A stretch of DNA of 64,000 bases from assembly GCA_963809895.1 (NCBI GenBank), contig CAWELD010000003.1, positions 1,760,001 to 1,824,000 of the forward strand, written 5' to 3'. The position numbers were made by a program, and so were the translations under genes. Shown here in pieces: positions 19,759 through 30,412 of the stretch. Source of the stretch: an uncultured Gemmatimonadales bacterium. GTDB taxonomy: Bacteria > Gemmatimonadota > Gemmatimonadetes > Longimicrobiales > Gaopeijiaceae. Each line of letters begins with the position of its first letter. Position 1 is the first letter of the stretch. The notes beneath the pieces are model-generated. The model had not been told where the DNA came from and ran no database searches. It saw only the letters and a program-made list of their open reading frames with translations.

Positions 19759-20475
19759 TCAGACCGAGAGCGAAGCCAGGTAGCGCCCGCGTGCGTCCCG
19801 GCGCAGGACCGCGACCGCCAGCCCCAGGGCGTCGGCCTCGCGGGCGAGCAGCGCCTCGGGCACGAAGAGCTGGGGAAAGGGCGGACCCGTGAGGTCCTCG
19901 AAGCGGAGTTGGTAGTGGAGCTCGCCGGCGAAGCGCCCGTCGGCCATGCGGTCGTCGGGGTGGCACAGCTCCGTGGAATCCAGGAGGATGTGGCCCCCGG
20001 GGGCCGTCCACTGCTTCAGGCGTGCCAGCAGGGCCGGCAATCGACCCAGCGTCCCCGCCAGCGCCGTTCCGTTCATCAGCGCCATGACGGTATCCCAGCG
20101 ACGCGGGGTGCGCAGCGACCAGAGAGACTCCCGAATGACCTCGACGCCCCGCCCGGAGAGTGCCGACACGGCGGTCGGCAGGACCTCCAGGGCGGTCACC
20201 CGGTGGCCCGCCGCGGTCAGGGCATTCGCCAGCGGTCCAGTACCCGCGCCCACGTCGAGGACGGCCCCCCGGACCCCGCGAAGGGCGGCGCGGTCGAAGG
20301 CCGTCAGGTGTCGGCCCTTGCGGAAGAAGTGGGCCACCGGCAGATCGGGCTCCGGGTCTCCCTCGACGCACACGCCGAGAACCGCGTCTCGCCGCCCGGC
20401 CATCCAGGCCGCGAGTGCCCGCTCCAGCGGCTCCAGCGCCGCGGGATAGTCCTCGTCCTCACCGCCGTTCGACAC
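19759..20475 (-). CDS. Class I SAM-dependent methyltransferase
   Basis: VLDVGAGTG motif I; LMNG; PGGHILLDS. Confidence 0.85.
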   Translation of the reverse strand: MSNGGEDEDYPAALEPLERALAAWMAGRRDAVLGVCVEGDPEPDLPVAHFFRKGRHLTAFDRAALRGVRGAVLDVGAGTGPLANALTAAGHRVTALEVLPTAVSALSGRGVEVIRESLWSLRTPRRWDTVMALMNGTALAGTLGRLPALLARLKQWTAPGGHILLDSTELCHPDDRMADGRFAGELHYQLRFEDLTGPPFPQLFVPEALLAREADALGLAVAVLRRDARGRYLASLSV

Positions 20476-20514
20476 CCGGTTCTCCTGGGGCCTCGGGCCC
20501 GGTAGATTGCGGCC

Positions 20515-20964
20515 ATGCCAGCCTCATCTCCCGATCCCGTCCAGCTCGATCCGGGCCGGGCGGCGACCCACGTCTGGCGCGCACTGCGCCTGCGCTGCCC
20601 CAACTGCGGGGGTGGACCGCTCTTCTCCCGTTGGGTGGTCATGGCCCACGCATGCCCGTCATGCCATCTCATCCTGGACCGGGGCGAGGCCGACTACTTC
20701 ATCGGGGGCTACATCGTCAACTTCGTCACCGCGGAGCTCACCATCGCGTTGGGAGCGCTGACCGCCATCATCGGGACCTGGCCCGACGTGCCCTGGAACA
20801 CCATCAAGTGGACGCTCCTGGGACTCATGATCCCGCTGCCGGTGCTGACGTACCCCTTCTCCAAGACCCTGTGGCTGGCCATCGACCTCACCCTGAGGCC
20901 GGTGACGCTGGCCGACATGGAGGGTCACGGCGAGAACGAGCCCGCCGAGGACCCCGTCTCGTGA
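20515..20964 (+). CDS. DUF983 family membrane protein
   Basis: RCPNCGGGPLF...CPSC zinc-ribbon followed by two TM helices and SKTLWLAID. Confidence 0.85.
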   Translation: MPASSPDPVQLDPGRAATHVWRALRLRCPNCGGGPLFSRWVVMAHACPSCHLILDRGEADYFIGGYIVNFVTAELTIALGALTAIIGTWPDVPWNTIKWTLLGLMIPLPVLTYPFSKTLWLAIDLTLRPVTLADMEGHGENEPAEDPVS

Positions 20965-22698
20965 TCAGCCCCGCTCCTGCTTCTTGCGGCGGTGCACCTC
21001 GGCGTTCTCGATCCAGGGCTTCCGCTCGAAGTAGCTGCGCGTCATCTCCCTGACCTTGCCGGACAGGAGGAGGAGCGCGATCAGGTTCGGCACGATGACG
21101 ATGGCCAGTGCCACGTCACCCAACGACCAGATCACGGCCAGCGGAACCACCGCACCCACGAAGTGCATGGCCACGAAGACCATCTTGTAGGGCAGGATGG
21201 CTCCCTTGCCGAACAGGTAGTTGGCGCAGCGGTCGCCGTAGTAGCTCCACGAGATGGCCGTGGAAATGGCGAACAGGAGGACGGAGACGATGACGATCCA
21301 GTCTCCCCATTGTCCCGGGAGGCCGGCTTCGAAGCCCAGCATGGTCAGCGGCGCGCCACTCTCCACCGCCGGCCCGTAGAGGCTCTCGTACGTCGTCCCG
21401 TCCGTGCCTACGGCCTCGCCCCGGTTCGGATAGATCGTGCCCGTGAACGGGATCGTCTGGTCCGGATCCACGTAGAGCTGCTCGACCGCGACCTCGTGCC
21501 AGGCCAACAACGGCACGCCGACCTGGGACACGTCCTGGCGGCCGCCCTGGATCTGAAGCTGATCGGGAGCCGAGATCCCCCGGGAGTGTCCGCCCTCGGT
21601 GGTCTGCACCCAGGAAAGGTCGCCACCCAGGAGCTCGATCTCGGTGGGATGCTGATCGTCCCACACACCGGTCATGATGATCACCAGCGCCGTCATCGTG
21701 CAGATGACGATGGTGTCGATGAAGGGCTCCAGAAGCGCCACCACGCCCTCGGAGACCGGCTCGTCGGTCTTGGCTGCGGCGTGGGCGATAGGCGCTGATC
21801 CCTGCCCAGCCTCGTTGGAGAACAGACCTCGCCGCACACCCCACATGAGCGTCACCAGGAAGGCCCCGACCCCGGTGCCGGCGATCCCGGCAGAGGGCTG
21901 GAAGGCCTCGTGGAAGATGAGCATGAAGGTCGGAATGACGTCTCCGGCGTGGGCGAGGATGATGAAGAGGGCTCCGGAGACGTAGACCGCCGCCATCACG
22001 GGGGCCAGAATCGAGGTCACGCGCCCGATGCGGCTGATGCCGCCCAGGATCACCAGCGCCACCACCGCCGCCGTGACCAGGCCCGTGATCCAGGGCGTCA
22101 GGCCGAAGGTGGTCTGCATGGCGTCGGCCACGGTGTTGGCCTGCACCGCGTTGCCGGTGAGGAAGGCCGTGAAGCCCAGGAGGAGGGCGAAAAAGACCGC
22201 CATGGGCTTCCAGGCCGGTCCGAGCCCCCGCTCGATGTAATACATGGGCCCACCGGACACCGAGCCTTCCCAGCGGGTCGGGTCGTGATCCTCCGCCACG
22301 TCCCGGTAGCGCTGCGCCAGCGTCACCTCGGAGTACTTGGTCGCCATCCCCACGGCCGCGGTGACCCACATCCAGAAGAGCGCGCCCGGCCCGCCCCAGT
22401 GGATGGCGATGGCCACGCCGGCGATGTTGCCGATCCCCACCGTCGCCGACAGCGCCGTGGTGAGCGCCTGGAAGTGCGAGACGTCGCCCGGCTCGTCGGG
22501 GTCGTCGTACTTGCCGCTGGCCACCGCGAAGCCGTGACCGAGCCGGCGGATCTGTACGAATCCCGTGCGAATGGTGAGCAGCAGGCCCGTGCCGATGAGC
22601 AGCAGCACCATGAAGGGGATGTTCTCGTCCCCGACCGGGATGCCGATCTCCACGACATAGGTGTTGAGGAAATCGACGACTCTCTGGACGAATTCCAT
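20965..22698 (-). CDS. Alanine/glycine:cation symporter (AGCS family)
   Basis: ATVGIGNIAGVA, GGPGALFWMW, GGPMYYIERGL, RGLFSNEAGQGSAPIAHA, PFIDTIVICTMT. Confidence 0.95.
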   Translation of the reverse strand: MEFVQRVVDFLNTYVVEIGIPVGDENIPFMVLLLIGTGLLLTIRTGFVQIRRLGHGFAVASGKYDDPDEPGDVSHFQALTTALSATVGIGNIAGVAIAIHWGGPGALFWMWVTAAVGMATKYSEVTLAQRYRDVAEDHDPTRWEGSVSGGPMYYIERGLGPAWKPMAVFFALLLGFTAFLTGNAVQANTVADAMQTTFGLTPWITGLVTAAVVALVILGGISRIGRVTSILAPVMAAVYVSGALFIILAHAGDVIPTFMLIFHEAFQPSAGIAGTGVGAFLVTLMWGVRRGLFSNEAGQGSAPIAHAAAKTDEPVSEGVVALLEPFIDTIVICTMTALVIIMTGVWDDQHPTEIELLGGDLSWVQTTEGGHSRGISAPDQLQIQGGRQDVSQVGVPLLAWHEVAVEQLYVDPDQTIPFTGTIYPNRGEAVGTDGTTYESLYGPAVESGAPLTMLGFEAGLPGQWGDWIVIVSVLLFAISTAISWSYYGDRCANYLFGKGAILPYKMVFVAMHFVGAVVPLAVIWSLGDVALAIVIVPNLIALLLLSGKVREMTRSYFERKPWIENAEVHRRKKQERG

Positions 22699-22823
22699 GC
22701 GGCCGTTCCTTGGCAGGCTGGGTGGCGGTAGAGACGTGCCGCCGGTGGCGGGCAAAGACCCGCTAGAATGCCCCCGGCAGGGCGCCGGTGCAAGAAGGTG
22801 ACGCTGAAGTTCCCTTCAGAACG

Positions 22824-24017
22824 TCAGCCCGCGGGCTCCGGAAGGGGCTCGAGCAGGTGGGCCGACAGCGCCTCGAGAATGAGCTCCCGGGCGCGCTCCA
22901 CGACTTCGTCCAACGACGGCGTTTCGGGGAGCATCTCCCGGGCGCGCGCTTCCAGCTCTTCCAACGAAGGCAGGTGCGGCAGGGACAGGTCCTCGAGGCG
23001 CGACTCGGCCTCGGCGCGGGCCCTGCGAGCTGCGCTGCGCAGGTCGTCGAGCACGTGGCTTCGGGCCCAGCGAGCCTTCAACTCACTGGCGATGTTCTCC
23101 ACCGGAACCGTGGCCGCCACCTGGACGGCCACCTTCTCGAGCACCTTGCGCCCCAGGGGCTGTTCGCCCCGCACGACCTTTTCGGGCGGCGCGCGCAGGT
23201 CCCACACGAGACCCATCCAGGAGAGGCCCTTGAGGACGTAGTACGAGATGTCGATCTCGTACCAGCGCCAACCCTGCGCCGTGGCGCTCTGGTAGAAATG
23301 GTGATTGTTGTGCCACCCCTCACCCAGCGTGATGAGGGCCAGCCACCAGTTGTTGCGCGAGTCGTCACCGGTGACGTAGCGCTGCTTTCCCACGACGTGG
23401 GCCAGCGAGTTGATGAAGAAGACGCAGTGGTAGAGCACCACGGTGGACCAGAAGAAGCCCACGATGAGCATGGGCCATCCACCGAGCAGGAAGCAGCCCA
23501 CCCCCAGCAGGAAGGCCGGGAAGTAGGGGTGCTTGTCCAACCAGACCAACTCGGGGAACCGCGTCAGATCCGGCACGCTGGAGTAGTCCGCGCTGAACCT
23601 CTTCGGATTGAAGATCCAACCCACGTGGGAATGGAAGAAGCCCATGTGCCGGGGCGAATGCGTGTCATCTTCCGTGTCGGAGTGCAGGTGATGGTGGCGA
23701 TGGATGGCCGACCACCAGATCACGCCCCGCTGCGCCGAGGTCTGCCCGAGAAAGGCGAGGAAGAACTGGAAGGCCCGACTGGTCTTGTAGGACCGGTGCG
23801 AGAAATACCGGTGGTAGCCGGCGGTCACGGCCCACATGCGCACCAGATACAGGACGACGGCGACGATCACGGCGGACAGGGGGACGCCCGTCCAGATGGC
23901 ACCCAGGCAGGTCAGGTGAACCAGGACGAACGGAATCGCACTTGGATAGATGATGTCGTCGTGGGGCTCGGGCTCCACGTGAGCCGCGGAGCGGACTGCC
24001 GGATGGTCGGGATGCAC
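22824..24017 (-). CDS. Delta-9-like membrane fatty acid desaturase with C-terminal helical extension
   Basis: His boxes HRYFSH, HRHHH, EGWHNNHH. Confidence 0.93.
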   Translation of the reverse strand: MHPDHPAVRSAAHVEPEPHDDIIYPSAIPFVLVHLTCLGAIWTGVPLSAVIVAVVLYLVRMWAVTAGYHRYFSHRSYKTSRAFQFFLAFLGQTSAQRGVIWWSAIHRHHHLHSDTEDDTHSPRHMGFFHSHVGWIFNPKRFSADYSSVPDLTRFPELVWLDKHPYFPAFLLGVGCFLLGGWPMLIVGFFWSTVVLYHCVFFINSLAHVVGKQRYVTGDDSRNNWWLALITLGEGWHNNHHFYQSATAQGWRWYEIDISYYVLKGLSWMGLVWDLRAPPEKVVRGEQPLGRKVLEKVAVQVAATVPVENIASELKARWARSHVLDDLRSAARRARAEAESRLEDLSLPHLPSLEELEARAREMLPETPSLDEVVERARELILEALSAHLLEPLPEPAG

Positions 24018-24128
24018 GGTGTCAACACCTCGCCCAGCGGGGGCGGCACAGGATGGTCTGGACGTGAGACACGTTGTGGACTCGGGGGGCCTGCGGTCAA
24101 CCGGAACGCTACGGCGGCCGGAATCGGC

Positions 24129-24392
24129 TCAGGCGGGAGCGGGCATGGCCTGGATGGCCTCGAGGATCTTCTCTTCGAGCGCCGCCTGGCCACCCGTGAT
24201 CTTGACGTCGTGGGTCCAGCCGGAGCGGAAGCTGCGGCGGAAGGGCACGTCCCGCGTCACGTTCTCGGTGATGACGTACAGCACCTTGGCCGGATAGTGC
24301 TTGAAGGCCACCGGGCGGCCGTGGTAGAAGAGGATCTCCACCGGGCCGAGATCGACGGCGCTGACGTGGTTGTCGAGGGAGTACAGGCGCAT
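24129..24392 (-). CDS. Small hypothetical protein
   Basis: MRLYSLDNHVSAVDLGPVEILFYHGRPVAF...; coding-like codon usage and balanced composition. Confidence 0.6.
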   Translation of the reverse strand: MRLYSLDNHVSAVDLGPVEILFYHGRPVAFKHYPAKVLYVITENVTRDVPFRRSFRSGWTHDVKITGGQAALEEKILEAIQAMPAPA

Positions 24393-24557
24393 GAGCTCGT
24401 TTCGTTGGTCTCGAAAAAGAAGGTGCTGCCGGGTCGAGGCAGAAGCAGCTAATCCACCCCGCAAGGCCGAAAAGGTTCACCCGGCGACGACCGCAGACCG
24501 GTGGGGGGCGTCGGGCGCCCGGCCGGGCCTTGACGTGCGAGGGATCATTGATCTTTT

Positions 24558-24575
24558 TATCCGTATAGATGAATA
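24558..24575. promoter_or_regulatory. Putative SahR operator (imperfect palindrome TATCCG-N6-TGAATA) overlapping the start codon
   Basis: AT-rich imperfect palindrome at the start of the ArsR-methyltransferase gene, TTGACG -35-like element at 24530. Confidence 0.45.
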
Positions 24576-25522
24576 CATCCGCCGCAGTCCTCGATCGTCT
24601 GGGCACGCTGGGTGACATGACCCGGTGCCGGCTCCTCGCTCTCCTGGAGGGCGAGGAGTTCACGGTGTCGGAGCTCTGTCAGGTCCTGCAGCTTCCCCAG
24701 CCCACCGTGAGCCGCCATCTGAAGGTCCTGGCGGACGACGGGTGGGTGGTTGCGCGCGCGGAAGGCACGAGTCGCTGGTATCGGACTCGCGAGGCGTTGC
24801 CCGACGGCGCCGGCGCGCTCTGGCGACTGGTGCGCTCGGAGCTGGAAGACACCGAGACCGCGCGGTTGGATCGCGAACGGGCACGAAGCGTCCTCATGCG
24901 ACGCGAGGACCGGGCGCGGGCGTTCGTGTCCGCCTCGGCGGCGCGCTGGGACGAGCTGCGGGCCGAGCTGTATGGAGCCCGCGCCGACCTCGTGCCACTG
25001 CTCGGACTCCTGGAGCCGCACTGGACCGCCGCCGATCTGGGCACCGGCTCAGGCGCCCTGCCGGCGATGCTGGCTCCGTTCGTGGAGCGGGTGATCGGTG
25101 TGGACCGATCCCCCGAGATGCTGGAAGCGGCGGCCCGCAGGACCGGTCACCTGGACAACGTGACGCTTCGCCAGGGCGACCTGGAGGCGCTGCCGCTGGA
25201 GGACGCCAGCGTGGATCTCGCCTTCCTGTCGCTGGTGCTCCATTTCGTGCCGCGGCCCGGCCGCGTTCTGGCGGAGGCGCATCGCATCCTGCGCCCCGGC
25301 GGACGACTGGTGATCGTGGACCTGCGCGAGCACGGGCGCGCCGAATATCGCGAGGAGATGGGGCACCAGTGGCCCGGCTTCTCGCCCGAGCTCCTGGCGG
25401 GATGGCTGGAGGACGCGGGCCTCGATCCCGCGCCACACCAGATGCTGTCCCCCGACCCCGACGCCCGCGGCCCGGCGCTCTTCGTGCGCACCGCTCGCCG
25501 ACCGGCACCGACCGAAACCTGA
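24569..25522 (+). CDS. sahR: ArsR-family HTH + SAM-binding methyltransferase-domain regulator (SahR)
   Basis: [37 protein letters not shown] motif; directly upstream of ahcY. Confidence 0.85.
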   Translation: MNTSAAVLDRLGTLGDMTRCRLLALLEGEEFTVSELCQVLQLPQPTVSRHLKVLADDGWVVARAEGTSRWYRTREALPDGAGALWRLVRSELEDTETARLDRERARSVLMRREDRARAFVSASAARWDELRAELYGARADLVPLLGLLEPHWTAADLGTGSGALPAMLAPFVERVIGVDRSPEMLEAAARRTGHLDNVTLRQGDLEALPLEDASVDLAFLSLVLHFVPRPGRVLAEAHRILRPGGRLVIVDLREHGRAEYREEMGHQWPGFSPELLAGWLEDAGLDPAPHQMLSPDPDARGPALFVRTARRPAPTET

Positions 25523-25554
25523 ACCGACCCTCCCATTCCCGGAGACCACGCCCG

Positions 25555-27042
25555 ATGGATACCGCTGTCATGAAGGACACCCAGCCCGGAAGCGCCACCG
25601 ATCCCCGCCCTCCGTTCAAGGTCCGCGACCTGAGCCTGGCCGAGTGGGGGCGAAAGGAGATCCGTCTGGCCGAGCAGGAGATGCCGGGGCTGATGAGCGC
25701 CCGTGAGGAATACGGGGCCGAGCGCCCCCTCGAGGGCCTCAAGGTCATGGGGTCGCTCCACATGACGATCCAGACCGCCGTCCTCATCGAGACGCTCACC
25801 GAGCTGGGCGCCGACGTGCGCTGGGTGTCGTGCAACATCTTCTCCACCCAGGACCACGCAGCGGCGGCGGTGGCGGTGGGCCCCGACGGCACGCCGGACG
25901 ATCCCCGCGGGGTGGCGGTCTTCGCCTGGAAGGGCGAGACGCTGGAGGAGTACTGGTGGTGCACGGATCAGGCGCTCACCTGGCCCGACGGATCGGGACC
26001 CGATCTCATCGTCGACGACGGCGGTGACGCCACCCTGCTGCTCCACAAGGGCGTGGAGTTCGAGAAAGCCGGCGCGATCCCCGATTTCGATGCCGACAGC
26101 GAGCCCGAGGAGTGGGGCGTGATTCTCGAGCTGCTGCGTCGGGTGCGCCACGAGGACCCCGCCAAGTGGCAGCGACTGGTGCAGTCGATCCGGGGCGTGT
26201 CGGAAGAGACCACCACCGGCGTGCACCGGCTCTACGAGATGGAGCGCAACGGCACCCTGCTCTTCCCGGCCATCAACGTCAACGACTCGGTGACCAAGTC
26301 GAAGTTCGACAACATCTACGGGTGTCGGCACTCGGTCATCGACGGGCTCAACCGGGCCAGCGACGTGATGATCTCGGGCAAGCTGGCCGTGGTGTGCGGC
26401 TACGGGGAGGTGGGCAAGGGCTGCGCCCAGGCGCTCAAGGGTCAGGGCGCTCGAGTGGTGGTGACCGAGATCGACCCCATCTGCGCGCTTCAGGCGGCCA
26501 TGGAGGGCTTCCAGGTGAAACGCCTGGCCGACGTGCTGGGCGAAGCGGACATCTTCATCACCGCCACCGGCAACCGTGACGTCATCACGGCCGCGCACAT
26601 GTCGGCCATGAAGGACAAGGCCATCGTCGGGAACATCGGCCACTTCGACAACGAGATCGACATGGCCGGGCTCAAGAGGATCCCGGGCATCCGCCGGGAG
26701 AACATCAAACCCCAGTACGACGAATGGGTCTTCCCCGACGGGCACTCGGTGTTGATCCTGGCCGAGGGGCGTCTCCTCAATCTGGGATGCGCCACCGGCC
26801 ATCCGTCGTTCGTCATGAGCGCGAGCTTCACCAACCAGGTCATGGCTCAGGTGGAGCTGGCCCGCAACGCCGGTCAGTACGAGACCAAGGTCTACGTGCT
26901 GCCCAAGCGTCTCGACGAGAAGGTGGCGCGGCTCCATCTGGACAAGCTGGGCGCCCACCTGACCGAGCTCACGGATGAGCAGGCGGGGTACATCGGCGTG
27001 CCGAAGGACGGGCCCTACAAGCCCGAGCACTATCGCTACTGA
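25555..27042 (+). CDS. ahcY: Adenosylhomocysteinase
   Basis: [53 protein letters not shown]. Confidence 0.98.
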   Translation: MDTAVMKDTQPGSATDPRPPFKVRDLSLAEWGRKEIRLAEQEMPGLMSAREEYGAERPLEGLKVMGSLHMTIQTAVLIETLTELGADVRWVSCNIFSTQDHAAAAVAVGPDGTPDDPRGVAVFAWKGETLEEYWWCTDQALTWPDGSGPDLIVDDGGDATLLLHKGVEFEKAGAIPDFDADSEPEEWGVILELLRRVRHEDPAKWQRLVQSIRGVSEETTTGVHRLYEMERNGTLLFPAINVNDSVTKSKFDNIYGCRHSVIDGLNRASDVMISGKLAVVCGYGEVGKGCAQALKGQGARVVVTEIDPICALQAAMEGFQVKRLADVLGEADIFITATGNRDVITAAHMSAMKDKAIVGNIGHFDNEIDMAGLKRIPGIRRENIKPQYDEWVFPDGHSVLILAEGRLLNLGCATGHPSFVMSASFTNQVMAQVELARNAGQYETKVYVLPKRLDEKVARLHLDKLGAHLTELTDEQAGYIGVPKDGPYKPEHYRY

Positions 27043-28094
27043 CGGGATCCCCCCGGGGGCGGGCGCAACTCCGCCAATGCCTGGCGCAGCGCCTGCTCCC
27101 GGAACTCGTCGAAGGCCGCCTCGTCGATCCCCATGTCGCCGAAGAAGGCCCGGGAAGCGCTCAGGTCCGCACCCCTCACCACCTCGTCGTCCGAGCGCCC
27201 CCGGGCCAGGCCTTCGCGGACCGCCGACACCAGGTCGCGAAAGAAGTCCGCATCGCCCTCCAGCAGTCGCCCATCGCGCTGCACGCCCCCGTGCGCGGGG
27301 AGCACGACGGATGCGTGGAGGGCCTTCAAACGCTCCAGGGCATCGGCCCACCCGCTGATGTCGGCCCCTTCGAGCCAGGGTGTGCCCACCTCCACCAGGT
27401 CTCCGGCGGCCACGATTCCGAGATCCGGTAGCCACACCACGACATCGCCGCGCGTGTGGGCCGGCCCCAGATGGATGACCTCCACACGGCGCCCACCCAG
27501 CTCCAGCGTCACGCGATCCCGGAAGGTGACGTCGGGCAGCACCTGCCGCACCCGGCGCAGGTCCTCCAGGTAGCTCCTGCGCAGGCGCAGGCTGTAGGAC
27601 ACCGCCTCCCGGTCCTCGGCGGTGAGCGAGTCGCCGCCGGGTCCGGTACCGGAGGCGAGCCACCCCTCCCGTTCCCGGATGCTGGGCGGGATGATCTCGA
27701 GCTGCTCCCGGAGCTGATCGCGCCCCAGTGTGAGCAGGTCTTCGCGGGTCGTCTCGTGCGCGACGAAGTGGGCCCCGGGATAGGCCTCGGCCCAGGACTG
27801 GTTGCCGTAGACGTGGTCGGCGTGCCAGTGCGTGTTCACCACCCAGCGCACCGGCACGTCGGTCATGGCCCGCACGCGCCGCACCAGCACCGACGCGGCG
27901 GTGGGCGACTGCTGGGTATCGACCACCAGCGCCCCGTCGTCACCCACCACCACCAGCGAGTTCGCGAAGGCGTAGGCGTCGGGCCGGGACAGCACCAGCG
28001 CCGCGTATACGCCCGGGGCCAGCGTGTCGACGCGGAAGACCTCCAGGGAGTCGGACCGCGGCGTGAGCAGGACGGCGGCGACCAGCGCGAGCAT
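27036..28094 (-). CDS. MBL-fold metallo-hydrolase (cyclase-like), probably exported
   Basis: [27 protein letters not shown]; hydrophobic N-terminus. Confidence 0.9.
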   Translation of the reverse strand: MLALVAAVLLTPRSDSLEVFRVDTLAPGVYAALVLSRPDAYAFANSLVVVGDDGALVVDTQQSPTAASVLVRRVRAMTDVPVRWVVNTHWHADHVYGNQSWAEAYPGAHFVAHETTREDLLTLGRDQLREQLEIIPPSIREREGWLASGTGPGGDSLTAEDREAVSYSLRLRRSYLEDLRRVRQVLPDVTFRDRVTLELGGRRVEVIHLGPAHTRGDVVVWLPDLGIVAAGDLVEVGTPWLEGADISGWADALERLKALHASVVLPAHGGVQRDGRLLEGDADFFRDLVSAVREGLARGRSDDEVVRGADLSASRAFFGDMGIDEAAFDEFREQALRQALAELRPPPGGSRQ

Positions 28095-28249
28095 GGCATC
28101 TCCCGGGATCGTGCGGTGCGAGCGTGGGCCGAAGCCCGTGACACGTTCATGTACGTGCCGGGGATCCTCCGGCTCCACGGCCCGGGACGAGCCGGCCTGC
28201 CGTAGGGCCGGCCGCGTTGCGCCGTGGCGGCCCGCGCCCGCCGTCGCGG

Positions 28250-29047
28250 TCAGAAGCTCGAGCGCAGCAGGTGATCCCGGTAGTGCCGGCTGACCCGGAG
28301 CTCCTCACCACCCTTCAGGATCGCGACGTAGTCTCCGGAGAACCACGGCTGTACCTCGTCCAGGTAGTCCACGTTGAGGGCCGTGGAGCGGTGGACGCGG
28401 ACGAAGCGTCGGGGGTCCAGGACCGCCAGCAGGTCCTTGAGGGTGTGGCGGATGCGGACCGTCTCGTCGCCGAGGTGGAGAAGGAGATGGTTGCCGTCGG
28501 TCTCCACGTAACGGAGATCGGCCACGTCCACGAAGCGGATGCGGTCGTCCTCGCGCACCTGGATGCGGGTGTGCCACCCGCCGGCCGGGGGTCCCGGCTC
28601 GCCGGCCCCGGAGGGGCGCCCGCCCCGGAGGAGGTCTTCCAGGCGATCGGCCAGTTGCCCGGCGTGCCGCTGGCGCCGGCGCTCGCGGATCCGCCCGACC
28701 GCTTCTTCCAGGCGCTGGTCGTCGAAGGGCTTCACCAGGTAGTCCAGGGCGTGCACCTCGAAGGCCCGCACCGCGTGGTCGTCGAAGGCGGTGACGAAGA
28801 CCACGTCGGGGCGTTCGTCCGGCTCCAGCGCGTCCAGGACGCCGAACCCGTCCAGCCCGGGCATGCGCACGTCCAGGAAAGCCACGTCCGGCGCACGCTC
28901 CCGGATCAGGCGCACCGCGGCGGGGCCATCGGCGGCTTCGCCCACCACGTCCACCCCGGCCATCTCCGAGAGCCCGGCGCGGAGGGCGTCCCGGGCCAGG
29001 GGCTCGTCGTCCACGATGACCGCCCGCAGGCGGGTCGGCGCCGTCAC
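28250..29047 (-). CDS. LytTR-family response regulator
   Basis: VDDEPLAR, LDVRMP, ALDYLVKPF, FVRVHRS. Confidence 0.95.
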   Translation of the reverse strand: MTAPTRLRAVIVDDEPLARDALRAGLSEMAGVDVVGEAADGPAAVRLIRERAPDVAFLDVRMPGLDGFGVLDALEPDERPDVVFVTAFDDHAVRAFEVHALDYLVKPFDDQRLEEAVGRIRERRRQRHAGQLADRLEDLLRGGRPSGAGEPGPPAGGWHTRIQVREDDRIRFVDVADLRYVETDGNHLLLHLGDETVRIRHTLKDLLAVLDPRRFVRVHRSTALNVDYLDEVQPWFSGDYVAILKGGEELRVSRHYRDHLLRSSF

Positions 29048-30222
29048 GAGGCGCGCCCCGAGGGAATCCAGACGGTGGCGCGGCATCCTCCGCCGGCGGG
29101 CGCGTCCAGATGAAAGCGCGCACCCTGTCCGTACTGCTCGGCCAGTCGCGCCCGCACGTTACCCAGGCCGGTGCCCTCGACATGGCCCGGCGCCGGACCC
29201 GGACCCGAGTCGCAGATCTGGATGCACACGCCACCGTCCTGCCGGCGGCTGCTGACGCTGAGCCGCACCGGACCCGGCTGAGCGGCGACGCCGTGACGGA
29301 CGGCGTTCTCCACCAGCGGTTGCAGGAGGAGCGGCGGCACCCGGATCTCCAGCGTGTCGGGTGCGGCGTCGACCTCCACCAGCAGCCGGTCACCCAGGCG
29401 GATCTTCTCGATGTCCAGGTAGCGGCCTACGAGCTCGAGCTCCCGGCCCAACGACACCGGCCCGGAACGCCCGTAGCGCAAGGTGATCCGGAACAGCTCT
29501 CCGAGCCTGGCGAGCATCTCCGTGGCGCGCCGTCGGTCGCCGCCCCGCACCAGCCCCGACACGGCGTTCAGGGCGTTGAAGAGGAAGTGGGGATCCAGCT
29601 CCATGCGCAGGGCACGCAAGCGCGCGTCGGCCGCCGAAGCCTCGGAGCGGGCGGCGCGGGCCAGCGCCTCCGCCTCGCGCACCCGTCCTTCCAGGAGACG
29701 GCGATGGTAGAGGAGCGCGTAGTAGGTGCCGACGATCATCCAGTAGACGAAGATCTCCAGCACCAGGTAGCCCTCCGCCAGCGCCCGGAACTGGCCCTCG
29801 AAGGAGGGATCGGTCAACTCGCCCGCGCGCCCCAGCGTGGCTACCGCGATGAAGGCGATGGTGGCCGAATGCAGGAGCGCGGCGACGATGGAAGCCGCGA
29901 CGTGCAGGGCGATGGACCGCGCCCGCCGGGGTCCCTCCAGGGGCGCGGCCCGGGCCAGCGCGACCACCACCGGCGTGGCCAGCGCCCAGTAGAGCCAGAA
30001 CGGCACGTTGATGAGCGCCACCGAGTCCAGCGTGCGGGGGGACCCGCGCATCCGCCAGCTGGCCCATTCCTTGGCGGTCTCGAGCAGGGCCAGGGTGAGC
30101 CAGAAGCCCAGGACCAGCAGGCGCGTGCGTAGACGCTCCAGACCCTCCGGGGGCACCACCAGGGGTCGGGTCCACCGCTCCAGGAGCGCGGCGGACGATC
30201 GGGACGAGGCAGGACGCGCCAT
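29044..30222 (-). CDS. LytS/YehU-family sensor histidine kinase
   Basis: TM helices; LDPHFLFNALN; LQPLVENAVRHG; GTGLGNVRARL. Confidence 0.95.
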   Translation of the reverse strand: MARPASSRSSAALLERWTRPLVVPPEGLERLRTRLLVLGFWLTLALLETAKEWASWRMRGSPRTLDSVALINVPFWLYWALATPVVVALARAAPLEGPRRARSIALHVAASIVAALLHSATIAFIAVATLGRAGELTDPSFEGQFRALAEGYLVLEIFVYWMIVGTYYALLYHRRLLEGRVREAEALARAARSEASAADARLRALRMELDPHFLFNALNAVSGLVRGGDRRRATEMLARLGELFRITLRYGRSGPVSLGRELELVGRYLDIEKIRLGDRLLVEVDAAPDTLEIRVPPLLLQPLVENAVRHGVAAQPGPVRLSVSSRRQDGGVCIQICDSGPGPAPGHVEGTGLGNVRARLAEQYGQGARFHLDAPAGGGCRATVWIPSGRAS

Positions 30223-30412
30223 GCCACCATGGTAGGCGCTGGGCGCGGGTGCGGTCCACCCGGTCGTGCGGCTCCACGGGCCGGCGCCGTCCAGCGCCCC
30301 TCACCTCACGGCAGCGCGACTCACCCCAGGGGCCGCCGGTCCGCGCCGGCGCCGTCGTAAGAAGAGGGTGAAGGCTCCATCCTGGCCGCCACCTGCATCC
30401 CCGAGACGTTTC

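Noticed and set aside
22699..22823. Possible glycine riboswitch upstream of the AGCS symporter
   Set aside because: Short hairpins only; the conserved glycine-aptamer motifs were not found.
24625..25554. Apparent 310-aa N-terminal extension of AhcY
   Set aside because: Out-of-frame overlap with sahR; AhcY homology starts at ATG 25555, which has a GGAGA RBS-like sequence upstream.
25147..27663. 838-aa minus-strand ORF
   Set aside because: Antisense to the highly conserved ahcY; no recognisable domain.
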